DNA from: Pseudomonadota bacterium
Lineage (GTDB): Bacteria; Bdellovibrionota_F; JAHFAK01; JBDREC01
Length of the DNA: 46,040 nucleotides
Direction: 5' to 3'
NCBI GenBank assembly: GCA_043820105.1
Contig: JBDREC010000015.1
Coordinates: forward strand, 1-46,040
Within the stretch, counting starts at the first letter, position 1; each line of letters starts with the position of its first letter. The notes beneath the pieces are model-generated. The model worked only from the letters and a program-made list of their open reading frames with translations. It was not told the DNA's origin and ran no database searches. The position numbers and the translations under genes are program-made. Positions 35,189-45,574 of the stretch are shown here, piece after piece.

Positions 35189-37744
35189 ATGAAGAAAATG
35201 CATGTTTTTGAAGTTGTTCCATCTATTCCAGAAGAACTGAATTCTTTACAAGAGATAGCCTATAATATTTGGTGGGCCTGGAATCCAGAAGCTGGAGCAT
35301 TATTTAGAAGAATTGATCCTGAATTGTGGGAAAAAGTTACTCATAATCCAGCAAGTTTTTTATCTTCTTTGCCATCAGAGAGATATCAGGAAATTTTAAA
35401 AGATGATGCTATAATGGCTAGCCTAAATAAAATTTATACTGAAATGAAGGACTATTTAAATAAAAAATCCTGGTTTGATGAAAAGAACCTGAAAAATGAA
35501 TCATTAATTGCATATTTTTCAATGGAATTTGGCTTAACAGAATGTCTTACAATATATTCAGGTGGTTTGGGTGTTTTAGCAGGTGACCATTTGAAATCAT
35601 CAAGTGACCTGGGTTTACCCCTTGTTGGTGTTGGAATATTTTATCAACAGGGCTATTTTAGGCAATATCTTAATTCAGAAGGTTGGCAGCAGGAAAGATA
35701 TCCGATTCATGATTTTTCAAAAATGCCTGCTTCTTTAGTTGTTGACGAAAATGGTAAAGCGAAATCTTTCAAAATAAAAATTCTTGATAAAGATCTGCAT
35801 TATCAGGTTTGGAAGGTTAAAGTCGGAAGAGTTTCCTTGTTTTTAATGGATGCAAACATCGAACCAAATGACCCTGAAGACAGAATGATCACTTATCAGC
35901 TTTATGGTGGTGATAAACATATGAGAATTAAGCAAGAGCTTTTATTAGGTATTGGTGGAATGAGGCTCTTACATGGTTTTGGCTTAAACCCATCTGTTGT
36001 GCATATAAATGAAGGACACGCTGCCTTTTTAATTTTTGAAAGAATTCATCATTTAATGAAAATAAAAGATTTATCTTTTAAAGCAGCTCGTGAGCTTGTT
36101 TTTGCCTCTTCTGTTTTTACCACTCATACTCCAGTTCCAGCAGGAAATGATCGTTTCTTGGTTTCCATGTTAGAACCTTATCTAAAACCATATGCAATGG
36201 ATTTGGGTGTTAAAATCAATGACCTGTTAGGAATGGGGGCAGAAGGTGCCCTTGATGATGATGAAACAAATTTTTGCATGACAGTACTCGCTCTAAGAAA
36301 TTCAATTTATTGTAATGGTGTGAGCAAGCTTCATGGTGAAGTAGCTAGAAAAATGTGGGATGATGTATGGCCTGGAATATATGAAAATGATATTCCAATT
36401 GAACACGTTACTAATGGTGTTCATGGTACAAGCTGGATAGCTCCGGATTTTGCAACTTTATTTGACAGATATCTGGGACCAAAATGGAAAAATGAGCCAT
36501 CAAATAATGCAATTTGGAAGAGGGTGGAAGAAATTCCCAATTCAGAACTATGGAAGACCCATGAAAGAAGACGCGAAAGATTAGTAGCTAATGCCAGAAA
36601 TAAGCTTAAAAAAGCCCTAATGAGCAGACAGGCTTTGAGTAGTGAAATAAAAATGGCTGATGAAGTGCTAGATCCAGAAACCCTTACCATAGGTTTTGCA
36701 AGACGCTTTGCAACTTATAAAAGAGGAACCTTGATTTTTAGTGATATTGAAAGAATTAAAAAAATTCTCACAAACAAAGATAGACCAGTTCAAATCCTTA
36801 TAGCCGGAAAAGCTCATCCTCATGATGATGAGGGTAAAAAGATAATTAAGCAGATAGCAAAGCTTGCCAAAAATGAAGAGTTAAGAAGGCATATTGTTTT
36901 TATTGAAGATTATGATATTGATATTGCCAGATACCTGGTTCAAGGTGTTGATGTTTGGCTTAACACTCCAAGGCGACCTTTAGAAGCTTCAGGAACAAGT
37001 GGAATGAAAGTTTGCTTTAATGGAGGTTTAAACCTAAGTATTCTTGATGGCTGGTGGGATGAAGCTTATGATGGTCATAATGGATGGGCTATTGGTAATA
37101 GAGAAATCTACAATGAAAAAGAATATCAGGATGAATTTGAGGCAAATGCTTTGTATAGAGTTTTAGAAGAATTAGTTGTTCCTTTATTTTATGATAGAAG
37201 CGCTGATAATATGCCAAGGAAATGGGTTGAAAAGATGAAGCATTCTATGCTTACTAATTGTTCACAGTTTGGTACTAATAGAATGGTTATGGAGTATTTT
37301 AATAAATATTACAAAAATGCGCATGGCTATTTTTATGAATTGGCTGAAAATAAAGGAGAAAACGTTAAAGAATTAGTTGCATGGAAAGACAATATGGAAA
37401 AGCATTGGTCTGAAATTTTTGTTAAGGATTTTTCAATTGATACAAAAGTTGTTTCTATAGTTGGTGATGAAATGCTTTTTAATGCAGAGATCTCAATAAA
37501 CGGATTAAAACCAGAAGATCTTGCTGTAGAGTTATATTATGGCCATTTAGATTCAAAAGGCATGCTTGAAAAGGCAGAGGCACTTCCAATGGAACTAATA
37601 GATGATTCAAATACAGAAGAATATAAATTCAAAGCACAACTAACAACAAAATCATCTGGCAAATTCGGAGCTATGGTTCGTATTCTGCCAAATCATAAAT
37701 TCCTAAAAACAAAGATTATTCCTAATATGGTTGTTTGGGGTTAA
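35189..37744 (+). CDS. glgP: Alpha-glucan (glycogen/starch) phosphorylase
   Basis: AYFSMEFG, YSGGLGVLAGD, HINEGH, GFARRFATYKR, EASGTSGMK (PLP lysine). Confidence 0.97.
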   Translation: MKKMHVFEVVPSIPEELNSLQEIAYNIWWAWNPEAGALFRRIDPELWEKVTHNPASFLSSLPSERYQEILKDDAIMASLNKIYTEMKDYLNKKSWFDEKNLKNESLIAYFSMEFGLTECLTIYSGGLGVLAGDHLKSSSDLGLPLVGVGIFYQQGYFRQYLNSEGWQQERYPIHDFSKMPASLVVDENGKAKSFKIKILDKDLHYQVWKVKVGRVSLFLMDANIEPNDPEDRMITYQLYGGDKHMRIKQELLLGIGGMRLLHGFGLNPSVVHINEGHAAFLIFERIHHLMKIKDLSFKAARELVFASSVFTTHTPVPAGNDRFLVSMLEPYLKPYAMDLGVKINDLLGMGAEGALDDDETNFCMTVLALRNSIYCNGVSKLHGEVARKMWDDVWPGIYENDIPIEHVTNGVHGTSWIAPDFATLFDRYLGPKWKNEPSNNAIWKRVEEIPNSELWKTHERRRERLVANARNKLKKALMSRQALSSEIKMADEVLDPETLTIGFARRFATYKRGTLIFSDIERIKKILTNKDRPVQILIAGKAHPHDDEGKKIIKQIAKLAKNEELRRHIVFIEDYDIDIARYLVQGVDVWLNTPRRPLEASGTSGMKVCFNGGLNLSILDGWWDEAYDGHNGWAIGNREIYNEKEYQDEFEANALYRVLEELVVPLFYDRSADNMPRKWVEKMKHSMLTNCSQFGTNRMVMEYFNKYYKNAHGYFYELAENKGENVKELVAWKDNMEKHWSEIFVKDFSIDTKVVSIVGDEMLFNAEISINGLKPEDLAVELYYGHLDSKGMLEKAEALPMELIDDSNTEEYKFKAQLTTKSSGKFGAMVRILPNHKFLKTKIIPNMVVWG

Positions 37745-37747
37745 AGT

Positions 37748-37874
37748 TAATTATTAATTATTAATTGTTAATTATTAATTATTCTCCTTCTCTTTCTCTT
37801 CCTAAAACTCTCAATCTACATCTAACCGCCTAATTTAATAACCAATAATTAATAATCAATAATTAATAATTAAT
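37748..37874. repeat. Two inverted heptamer arrays: (TAATTAT)x5 at 37748-37782 and (AATAATT)x4 at 37844-37874
   Basis: Read directly; the two arrays are mutually complementary. Confidence 0.8.
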
Positions 37875-37974
37875 GAAAAAAAATTAGCATATATTTAGAT
37901 TCTATGCTATAATCATACTATAGAGTTTAAGGGGGGCGAAAAAGGGAGGTATCGCTTTTAATTGGGAGTGCTCA

Positions 37975-38331
37975 ATGTTTAAATTCAAAAAAGAAAAACC
38001 TATCAAAAACAACAAGTTAAAAGACAAGTTGCCCTATCTTTACCTTGGTGTCATTTTAATGATTCTACTTGGATCTTTTGGAGCTGTTGGACCTCAAGGC
38101 TGTGGTGGAACAGAAGATGATGAACAGTTTATGCAGCAAAGTGAAGTTGAAGACATGGAAATAGAAATGCAAAATGATTGGGTCTTAAGAGAGGTTCCAG
38201 ATGAAGAAGATGAAGAATACCAGAAAGAAGAGAATCAGAAGCAGGACATTCAGGAACAATACGTAGAACCTGATCCATTTCAGCAATATGAACAATTCTA
38301 TCAGGAAAATGAGGAACTATTGGAAGTCTAA
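37975..38331 (+). CDS. Small membrane-anchored acidic Glu/Gln-rich protein (possible lipoprotein)
   Basis: GGGAG RBS; basic N-terminus, hydrophobic helix, PQGC, acidic tail. Confidence 0.7.
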   Translation: MFKFKKEKPIKNNKLKDKLPYLYLGVILMILLGSFGAVGPQGCGGTEDDEQFMQQSEVEDMEIEMQNDWVLREVPDEEDEEYQKEENQKQDIQEQYVEPDPFQQYEQFYQENEELLEV

Positions 38332-38345
38332 TTATAGTCATCCGT

Positions 38346-38462
38346 CACCAGTGCACCAGGGCACCAGTCTAATAATACCGAATAACGAATACCAAATTCT
38401 GAATACTGAATACTGAATACTAAATACTGAATACTGAATACTAAATACTGAATACTAAATAC
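38346..38462. repeat. Octamer (CACCAGNG) x~3 followed by heptamer array (CTGAATA/CTAAATA) x9 with a degenerate lead-in
   Basis: Read directly; clean units at 38399-38461. Confidence 0.9.
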
Positions 38463-38537
38463 CCCTCCATTCCTTTCTTGATTTTTGATTTTTCAAATAA
38501 CATAATCCCTTCTTTATCATTCAAAGGGAAGGGTAAT

Positions 38538-40439
38538 ATGAAAAAGTATGGTCAAAAAAGATTGAGTTTATCAATTATTCTAGCCTTTTTTACTTTCACA
38601 TTAACAGCCTATGGAGATAAGTTTATGCCTGATGCAAATTTATCAAGAGATCAAATTCCAGATCAGTATAAGTGGGATAAAGCACATGTTTTTAAAAATG
38701 TTAAAGAATGGGAAAATGAACTTGAAGATATTAAAGATGATCTTAAAAAAATTGATAAATGCAAAGGAAAACTAGAAGAAGACCTCTATGATTGTTTTGC
38801 TTTAATATGGGATTTGAAAAGAAGGGTTGAAAAAGTTAGCCAGTATGCAATGTTTACCTTTGATGAAGATCAATCAATATCAAAGTCAAAAGAGATGTAT
38901 GATAAAGCGAATTCCCTGGAAAATGATTATCATCAAGCTGCAAGCTTTGTAGATCCTGAAATACTTGCCATTAATGAAGATAAGCTTAGAAAAGCTATTA
39001 AAGAAGAAAAAATGAAGCCTTATAGATTTGGAATTGAATCAATCCTCAGGCAAAAAAATCATGTTAGATCAAAGGAAGTTGAAGAAGTAAGAGCCCTGTA
39101 TGGGAAATTATCAAAAAACAGAAGAGATATTTTTGATGCAATTTTCAGTGAAGTAAAGTTTCCAAAAATAAAAGATGAAGATGGCAAAGAAGTTGAACTT
39201 ACTCTTTCTAATTATTCAAAATACAGAGGCTCCAAGAAAAGAGAAGTAAGAGCAGAGACATCTGAAAAGTTTTTTGAAACCCTTGCAAAGCACAAAAGAA
39301 TGCTCGCTCAAGCTTATAATGACAGGGTTGTAGCTCATGTTGTTGAAGCTAAATCATCAAACTATGATACTTCACTTGGAATGTGTCTTGACAGAAATGA
39401 CATTACTCCTGATTTTTATAAAGCCTTTATTCAAAAGGTCAAAAAGAACCTAAAAAGAACAATTCATAAGTACGTTAAGATGAGAGCTGAATATATGGGC
39501 CTTAAAAAGCTTAGGTTCTATGATCTTTATAATCCTTTGTTTCCATCAGCTGAAATTGAAATGACTTATGAAGAAGCAAGAAAAGAAATCCTTGCTTCCT
39601 TAAAGCCAATGGGAGCTGAATACTTGAAAGATGTTGATATTGGAATGAATCCCGCTAATGGCTGGGTTGATATATATCCTTCAAAAAATAAAGATTCTGG
39701 AGCCTATCACGATGGTGTTTATGATGTGCATTCATTTGTTAAGCTAAATTACATGGATACCTTAGATGATGCTTTTACCATGGCTCATGAGTTTGGACAC
39801 GCGATGCATTCAGTATATGCAAACCGGGCTCAGCCATATTCTACTTCAAATTATACCACCTTCTTAGCTGAAATCGCCTCTATTTTTCAGGAAATGATGC
39901 TTCAAAAATATTTAATGGATAAGGCGATCGCTGAAAAAGATGAGCAGAAAAAGATTTATCTGCTTACAAATTTTATTGATAATATGAGAACAACAGTTTT
40001 CAGACAGACCTTGTTTGCTGAATTTGAAATGTTGGCTCATGAAGAATATGAAAAAGGAAATCCATTAACAGCAGATAGACTTGAAAAGATTTATGGTGAT
40101 TTAGTTGCTGAATATTATGGCCCTTATTTTGAAAGAATGCCAAATGATGGGCTTGAATGGAGCTATGTGCCTCATTTTTATTATAACTTCTATGTTTTTC
40201 AATATGCAACCTCTATGATTCTAGCTGCTAGCTTTTCTGAATCTGTTTTAAATGGAAACGATAAAGAGCTTCAAAATTATCTTTCTGTTTTAAAAGCAGG
40301 AGGCTCAGATTATCCAATGGATATTTTGAAAACAGCTGGCTTTGATGTTAAAGATTGTTCCTTTGTTGATCCTGCTATGGATTTGCTTGAAAAGAATTTA
40401 GAGGAACTTGAAGGATATCTGAATAAAACTAAGAAATAA
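38538..40439 (+). CDS. pepF: Oligoendopeptidase F (M3B) with signal peptide
   Basis: ATG 38538 after GGAAGGG; YKWD, GWVD, SGAY, AHEFGH, AEIAS, RQTLFAEFE, PHFYYNFYVFQYA. Confidence 0.93.
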   Translation: MKKYGQKRLSLSIILAFFTFTLTAYGDKFMPDANLSRDQIPDQYKWDKAHVFKNVKEWENELEDIKDDLKKIDKCKGKLEEDLYDCFALIWDLKRRVEKVSQYAMFTFDEDQSISKSKEMYDKANSLENDYHQAASFVDPEILAINEDKLRKAIKEEKMKPYRFGIESILRQKNHVRSKEVEEVRALYGKLSKNRRDIFDAIFSEVKFPKIKDEDGKEVELTLSNYSKYRGSKKREVRAETSEKFFETLAKHKRMLAQAYNDRVVAHVVEAKSSNYDTSLGMCLDRNDITPDFYKAFIQKVKKNLKRTIHKYVKMRAEYMGLKKLRFYDLYNPLFPSAEIEMTYEEARKEILASLKPMGAEYLKDVDIGMNPANGWVDIYPSKNKDSGAYHDGVYDVHSFVKLNYMDTLDDAFTMAHEFGHAMHSVYANRAQPYSTSNYTTFLAEIASIFQEMMLQKYLMDKAIAEKDEQKKIYLLTNFIDNMRTTVFRQTLFAEFEMLAHEEYEKGNPLTADRLEKIYGDLVAEYYGPYFERMPNDGLEWSYVPHFYYNFYVFQYATSMILAASFSESVLNGNDKELQNYLSVLKAGGSDYPMDILKTAGFDVKDCSFVDPAMDLLEKNLEELEGYLNKTKK

Positions 40440-40449
40440 AATATTAAAA

Positions 40450-41958
40450 TTAATATAAGCTGTTATGTAGATCTAAAATCTCTGTCGAATTTAGAGCTTC
40501 ATTATAAATTCTAAACTCGAATATTATCCCTTTGAAATAGCTAAATGACTCTGCTGGAGCAACATAATCTTTTCTTCCTATATAGGCATCTCTTTCGTTA
40601 TTTTCTGGTGCTGAGGTTCTAATATTTCCTGTGTATGTTGAGTTACAACCTCCAATTAATTCCTGACTATCAGAATAAACCTGACATTCTCCGTTTTCGT
40701 CCGGTTGACCATTTATTATAGTATTTATAACACCACTTTGGAGTGTAAATGCTAGACTTATATTGCTTTCTAGGCTTTCAATGACTGCCGGATTCCAATA
40801 ATCGTTAGCCTTAATTGTATAACCTATATTTGTAGTGTCTTGTTGAATCTCAATTTGGGCCCATATTTGTATTGATCCACTTTCGGTGATTTGAAAATAA
40901 AAATCTATATACCCTGAACTGAAAATGTAGTAACTAGTACTATCTTTAGCACTAATGATTGATTCATCAATATTTAACAAAGCAAATATTGTTAACTCAT
41001 TTCCTGAAGTAAAGTCACTTATTCCATTTTCATCCTTATCTTCAATTATTAAGTAATCATCAAATCCATCTAAAGAAATAGCCCTTCCAGCACTGTCGTC
41101 TTCTGGATCCTCATTGATATATGAAAATCCGGTATCTCCATTTGGACCAGTTGCATTATTTTCGTAACCTGAAGAGTCAGAAAGGTTATTGTCAAATTTA
41201 TAGTAAACTCCTAAAGTATCTTCATTTGATACACTGGAGGATGAAGATGATGAAATTGAATCATCAGCATCAAGGTCTGTAGCCGCAGTAGCACTTGATC
41301 CACTTATTGTAACTGTTCCAATGTCAATAGATGATGTTGAAGAATCACTTGAAATTGTATAATTGCTATTTCCATCACTTGTTTCTAAGATAAATAAAAA
41401 GTCATCATCAAAGCAAAGAACTGGCGCGCTTAAGCTTGCTTTATAAGATGAATCTTCAGCACTTGAGAATATACAGCTTGAACTAGATGAAACAGCTGAT
41501 AAAACAACATAAAAGTCTTCATTTGCATTTTCATAAACAGGTAAAGAAAAACTTCCATCAGTATTTGCCACAGCCAGAGAATCAATATCAAGACTAGCAA
41601 GAGAATCAAGCTCATTGGGATCTTCTCTTGTGGTAAAAACAATCAATCCAGGATCAGTACTGTCTGAATTTTTTAATACAGTTTCCGTTTTAAAATAAAA
41701 ATCAGGAATAGGAGACCCAACTGGTTGAGTAATGTCATTTCTGGTTATTATTTCATCTCTTGTTAATAAGTCAGTTCTTGTAATAATGTTTTCATGATTT
41801 AAAAAGCTATTTGTGTCTACTGTACCACTAATTGTTAACACTATTGTGGCGTCATTACTATTGCTTGTTTCATCAGAATTGGATGATGAGCAAGCTAATA
41901 CTAAAAAAGTATTGATTACTATGCAAACAATCAAAATAAGTTTAATAATAATTTTCAT
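40450..41958 (-). CDS. Acidic lipoprotein with C-terminal LamG/ConA-like domain
   Basis: Lipobox VLAC; YYKFDNNLSDSSG, AISLDGFDDY, FKGIIFEFRIYNEAL. Confidence 0.85.
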   Translation of the reverse strand: MKIIIKLILIVCIVINTFLVLACSSSNSDETSNSNDATIVLTISGTVDTNSFLNHENIITRTDLLTRDEIITRNDITQPVGSPIPDFYFKTETVLKNSDSTDPGLIVFTTREDPNELDSLASLDIDSLAVANTDGSFSLPVYENANEDFYVVLSAVSSSSSCIFSSAEDSSYKASLSAPVLCFDDDFLFILETSDGNSNYTISSDSSTSSIDIGTVTISGSSATAATDLDADDSISSSSSSSVSNEDTLGVYYKFDNNLSDSSGYENNATGPNGDTGFSYINEDPEDDSAGRAISLDGFDDYLIIEDKDENGISDFTSGNELTIFALLNIDESIISAKDSTSYYIFSSGYIDFYFQITESGSIQIWAQIEIQQDTTNIGYTIKANDYWNPAVIESLESNISLAFTLQSGVINTIINGQPDENGECQVYSDSQELIGGCNSTYTGNIRTSAPENNERDAYIGRKDYVAPAESFSYFKGIIFEFRIYNEALNSTEILDLHNSLY

Positions 41959-42166
41959 AAAGCAAACCCCTCATAAATATAAATACTTACAGAATAGTTT
42001 CAAGTTCAAGTTGAATATCTAGAATGCATAGTTAATACTATTATATCATATTATTGAACTAATTCAAATATTTAAATTAAACATTGAGATATATTTTCCA
42101 GGTCAAAAAATGTCCTTTGTTTCCTTTATTATCACTTTATTAATTAGTAATAATTTGGAGAATAAA

Positions 42167-42283
42167 ATGTTGTTAAACCTATTTTTTACTTTTGCCCTTA
42201 GTGCCATAATCACATATTTGCTTTCATCTATGCTTTGTTTTGCATTTTATTCTTTGAAAGCTATAATAAAAGCTCTTATTTGA
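42167..42283 (+). CDS. Unannotated 38-aa hydrophobic peptide
   Basis: Manual translation MLLNLFFTFALSAIITYLLSSMLCFAFYSLKAIIKALI*; GGAG at 42157-42160, 6 nt before the ATG. Confidence 0.5.
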   Translation: MLLNLFFTFALSAIITYLLSSMLCFAFYSLKAIIKALI

Positions 42284-42339
42284 ATTTTTGAGTTGTTTTT
42301 GACATAAAAAATGAGTATATTATCTTTGATTTTAATCTT

Positions 42340-42981
42340 ATGGGGTTTTTTATGTCAATTTTATCGCAATTGTCATCTGTTACCAAAGATAAGAACTCAA
42401 ACAAGGAAATTGTTGAAAAGTGTCTTGAAATACGTGGGCTTTTGCATACTTTAGCTGAAGGATTTAGAACTGGATCAAAAGAAGAGCAAATAGACTGCAT
42501 GCAAATTCTAACTGAAGTTGCAAAGAAAAAGCCAGGTTATCTTATTGACTTAACTACAGATTTAATAAAAGCATCCAAAATTAAAAATAAAAAAATAAAT
42601 AAGCTTGCTTTTCAAAGTCTTGTTTATTTGGTTCCCCATAATCCAGCAGACATTTATGCCCAGCGTGAATATTTTCTTGAAATAGCCAGGAAGCAAGATT
42701 CAAATTCCTTAACAGCTTTTTCACTTCTTGCATCTTTATGTGCTAATAACACTTATTATAGAGGGCAGCTGGCTGGCACGTTAATTTTTATGCTAAAAAA
42801 AACAGCAATTGTAGATATGATAAAGTGGGTAAAAGCATTAAAACCTGCTGTAGAAGGCTCTCAAGATGGAATTAAGAAATTAAAAGATGAATTAAGTTTA
42901 ATTTTACCCCAGCTTCCAGAAGAAATTTCTGTGAAAATTGAAAAGGTTTTCGTAAAGTATATGAAAACATTAAAAAGATAA
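42340..42981 (+). CDS. Hypothetical HEAT/ARM-like helical protein
   Basis: 213-aa helical ORF (alternative start ATG 42352); TTGACA at 42299 upstream. Confidence 0.7.
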   Translation: MGFFMSILSQLSSVTKDKNSNKEIVEKCLEIRGLLHTLAEGFRTGSKEEQIDCMQILTEVAKKKPGYLIDLTTDLIKASKIKNKKINKLAFQSLVYLVPHNPADIYAQREYFLEIARKQDSNSLTAFSLLASLCANNTYYRGQLAGTLIFMLKKTAIVDMIKWVKALKPAVEGSQDGIKKLKDELSLILPQLPEEISVKIEKVFVKYMKTLKR

Positions 42982-42988
42982 AGCTTTA

Positions 42989-45448
42989 TTATTGTCCTGC
43001 CAGATAGCTTATTGTACCTGCTGTGTAATTAGCTGTAACAATATCGTCAAACGTATCATTATTGATATCACCTATATATAGCTTTATAGGTCCTTCTCCT
43101 ACATCAAAATTATATAATTCTCCAAAAGTGCCATCTCCAACACCAAACCTGACACTTACATTGTGGGAGCCAAAATTTGCAGTAGCCACATCCAGGTAAT
43201 CATCATCATTAATGTAGGATAAAAAGATGTCTATCGGGTTGCTTCCCATGCTATATCGTGTCTCAGCCTCAACAAAGGTTCCCTCACATGAATTGATAAA
43301 TATACTTATATTGTCCGTTTCGTAGTTTGCAGTTACTAAATCAATACAATTACCTTCATCATTATCTACATTGCCTTTTGCGATGGCCTTCGGTGTCGGG
43401 TAATCTTGTGTATAATTTCTAAGAGATATTATTGTCGGGGTACTAAAATTACCTTGAAGACGAATTTCTATTGCATCTGGATTAGATGTTGATGTTGCAA
43501 TATCGTGCTTACCATCATTATTAAAATCTGCAATAGCTATGTCCGTGATTAAGCTTGCAGTTGATTCAAAAATCTGTTGAGTAACTGGAGCTTCAAAATG
43601 CCCATCTGATTCTTCATAGAGAGCATATATTATTTTAGATTCATTAGTAACAGCTACATCAATAAAACCATCTGGAACGTTTAGGTAACCAAGAGCTAAA
43701 TTTGAAACTTCCCAATGCTCTTGAGTTTCAAAATTATCAATTAATGATGTTTTTTTCTTATAATTATTTTCAAAATTCGAACTGTTTTGGTCATCATCAC
43801 GATAGTAACCTTCAATAATAACTACAGAGCCTTCATCATAATTTGAAAAAACGATATCAAGTTTGTTATCTTGATGAGAATTCATTTGTGCTATTGAAAT
43901 ATCACTTGGTTCAGATCCATCATTTTGTGAATACCATGAAAATCCAGGGCTAGAATCGCCGGGGCTAAAGCCCTGAGCGTTGCCTAATCGAACAGTTATT
44001 TCATTTGTACCACTATTTGCAACTAAACAATCTAAAAAATTATCAGAATTAATATCAGCCAAAGTTAATGATCTGGGTTGAGGATTATCATCCAGATTTC
44101 CTGCTGCCGTATATTCAACATGTCTTGCGAAATATCCTGTTTCTTCTGCCCTTATTGTGAAACCTGTTGTTGACGTATGCTCTGCTTCTAATGTATTGCC
44201 ATTAATATCTTTTATTGTAGTTCTTACTTTTATTTTATAAGTAGTATCAAATTCAAGCTCTGAATTTGGATAAATCGTTAAGCTATTACCACTTATAACA
44301 AACTGGCTTTGAAATGGTACACATGTTTCTGCTGCAAAATCATTATATGACATTTGTATTGTTCCTGTACAGTTGCTATTTTCAACATTTAAATCTAAGG
44401 AGCTTGAATCTATTTGTTCTGAAAAATTGATGGTAATTACAGATGAGATCACTACATCAGTTTCTCCGTCATATGGTGAAAATCCCATGACTGTTAGATG
44501 AACAGCTTGAGATTTATCTGTATCCTCATCTTCTGCTTCAGCATCAGTTTCACTTTCCGTGTCATTATCATTATGGGTTTTATTTGTGCTTGTTTCAGTA
44601 TCATTAGAGGAATTAGTATTATTGCTGCTTCCCACTATGCGAATAGTTGGTATTTCAGTGATATCTGTTGAGCTTAGCACTCCATTTTCATCTTCAATAG
44701 TTACTATAATATCTTCATCTGCTGGCACTGCCCACAAGGCAATTTGAAAACCAAGTACTTTTTCAGTGAAAATATCACTTGGAATAATGTAAACAATATT
44801 TTCGCCATTATCTGAAAGATAAATTGAGATATTATAGGCAACATTATTAATTATGCAGATTGCCTTCATTTCAAAGCTTGCTGCAATTTCTGAAGCCTTA
44901 AAATATGAAGGAATAGCTCCTGGAATAGCGCCTGGAATAGCTGCTGGAATTGCTAAAGCATAGCTTTCGCTAATTGATCCAGGAATAGCACCTGGTATTG
45001 CATTAGATATTTCAGCAGTTGTATAGCCATCAACTGTAATTGATTCAATAGATTCAGATACAAATAAATAATCATTGATTTCAACACCTGCTTCAGATTG
45101 AGTAGCAAATGAAATCGACAAACCAGATGCAAATGCCGAGGCTCCTATGTCAAAAGAAATACCAGCAGTTTCCAATAATTCATAAAATTCTGCTTCAGTA
45201 TATAAGCTTAAAGCCACTAATGCGTCTTCAGAAAGAGCATTTGCGGGAATTCCAAGATTAACTCCATTTGTTGCAATATTATTTAGCTCTCCTGCTGATA
45301 TTTGTTCGGAAATAGAAATTAGTTCATCAATAAGATCATCAACCCCATTGCCTTCATCAGACTCTTTAGAATCAAATATTGAACATGAAAGAAATAGTGA
45401 AAATATTGATAAAACTAGAAATAATTTAAAATAATTATGTGAAAACAT
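42989..45448 (-). CDS. Surface lipoprotein with Ig-like (Big_5-type) domain and FG-GAP/VCBS repeats
   Basis: Start moved to ATG 45448 (AGGGG RBS); lipobox FLSC; SP.DG...ITINFSE Ig motif; repeated ADFNNDG..D, GDIN.D..DDIVTAN. Confidence 0.88.
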   Translation of the reverse strand: MFSHNYFKLFLVLSIFSLFLSCSIFDSKESDEGNGVDDLIDELISISEQISAGELNNIATNGVNLGIPANALSEDALVALSLYTEAEFYELLETAGISFDIGASAFASGLSISFATQSEAGVEINDYLFVSESIESITVDGYTTAEISNAIPGAIPGSISESYALAIPAAIPGAIPGAIPSYFKASEIAASFEMKAICIINNVAYNISIYLSDNGENIVYIIPSDIFTEKVLGFQIALWAVPADEDIIVTIEDENGVLSSTDITEIPTIRIVGSSNNTNSSNDTETSTNKTHNDNDTESETDAEAEDEDTDKSQAVHLTVMGFSPYDGETDVVISSVITINFSEQIDSSSLDLNVENSNCTGTIQMSYNDFAAETCVPFQSQFVISGNSLTIYPNSELEFDTTYKIKVRTTIKDINGNTLEAEHTSTTGFTIRAEETGYFARHVEYTAAGNLDDNPQPRSLTLADINSDNFLDCLVANSGTNEITVRLGNAQGFSPGDSSPGFSWYSQNDGSEPSDISIAQMNSHQDNKLDIVFSNYDEGSVVIIEGYYRDDDQNSSNFENNYKKKTSLIDNFETQEHWEVSNLALGYLNVPDGFIDVAVTNESKIIYALYEESDGHFEAPVTQQIFESTASLITDIAIADFNNDGKHDIATSTSNPDAIEIRLQGNFSTPTIISLRNYTQDYPTPKAIAKGNVDNDEGNCIDLVTANYETDNISIFINSCEGTFVEAETRYSMGSNPIDIFLSYINDDDYLDVATANFGSHNVSVRFGVGDGTFGELYNFDVGEGPIKLYIGDINNDTFDDIVTANYTAGTISYLAGQ

Positions 45449-45574
45449 AGACTTAACCCCTGCATACATAAGAAAATTTGACTTATTCCTTATCTTATTA
45501 TTCAATTATATCATACCATTAATATAATTACAGTAATAAAAATCACAAAAATTAGAAAAAATTTTGGTTGCTTA

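Noticed and set aside
38346-38462. Repeat arrays as CRISPR
   Set aside because: Units are 6-8 bp head-to-tail with no unique spacers, and no cas genes are in the window.
38538-40439. PepF as the RiPP leader peptidase
   Set aside because: It lies more than 5 kb away on the opposite strand, separated by unrelated genes; nothing in the sequence links them.
42190-42208. TGGCAC on the minus strand (and TGGCAT at 23627) as sigma-54 promoters
   Set aside because: The -12 element is absent or wrongly spaced.
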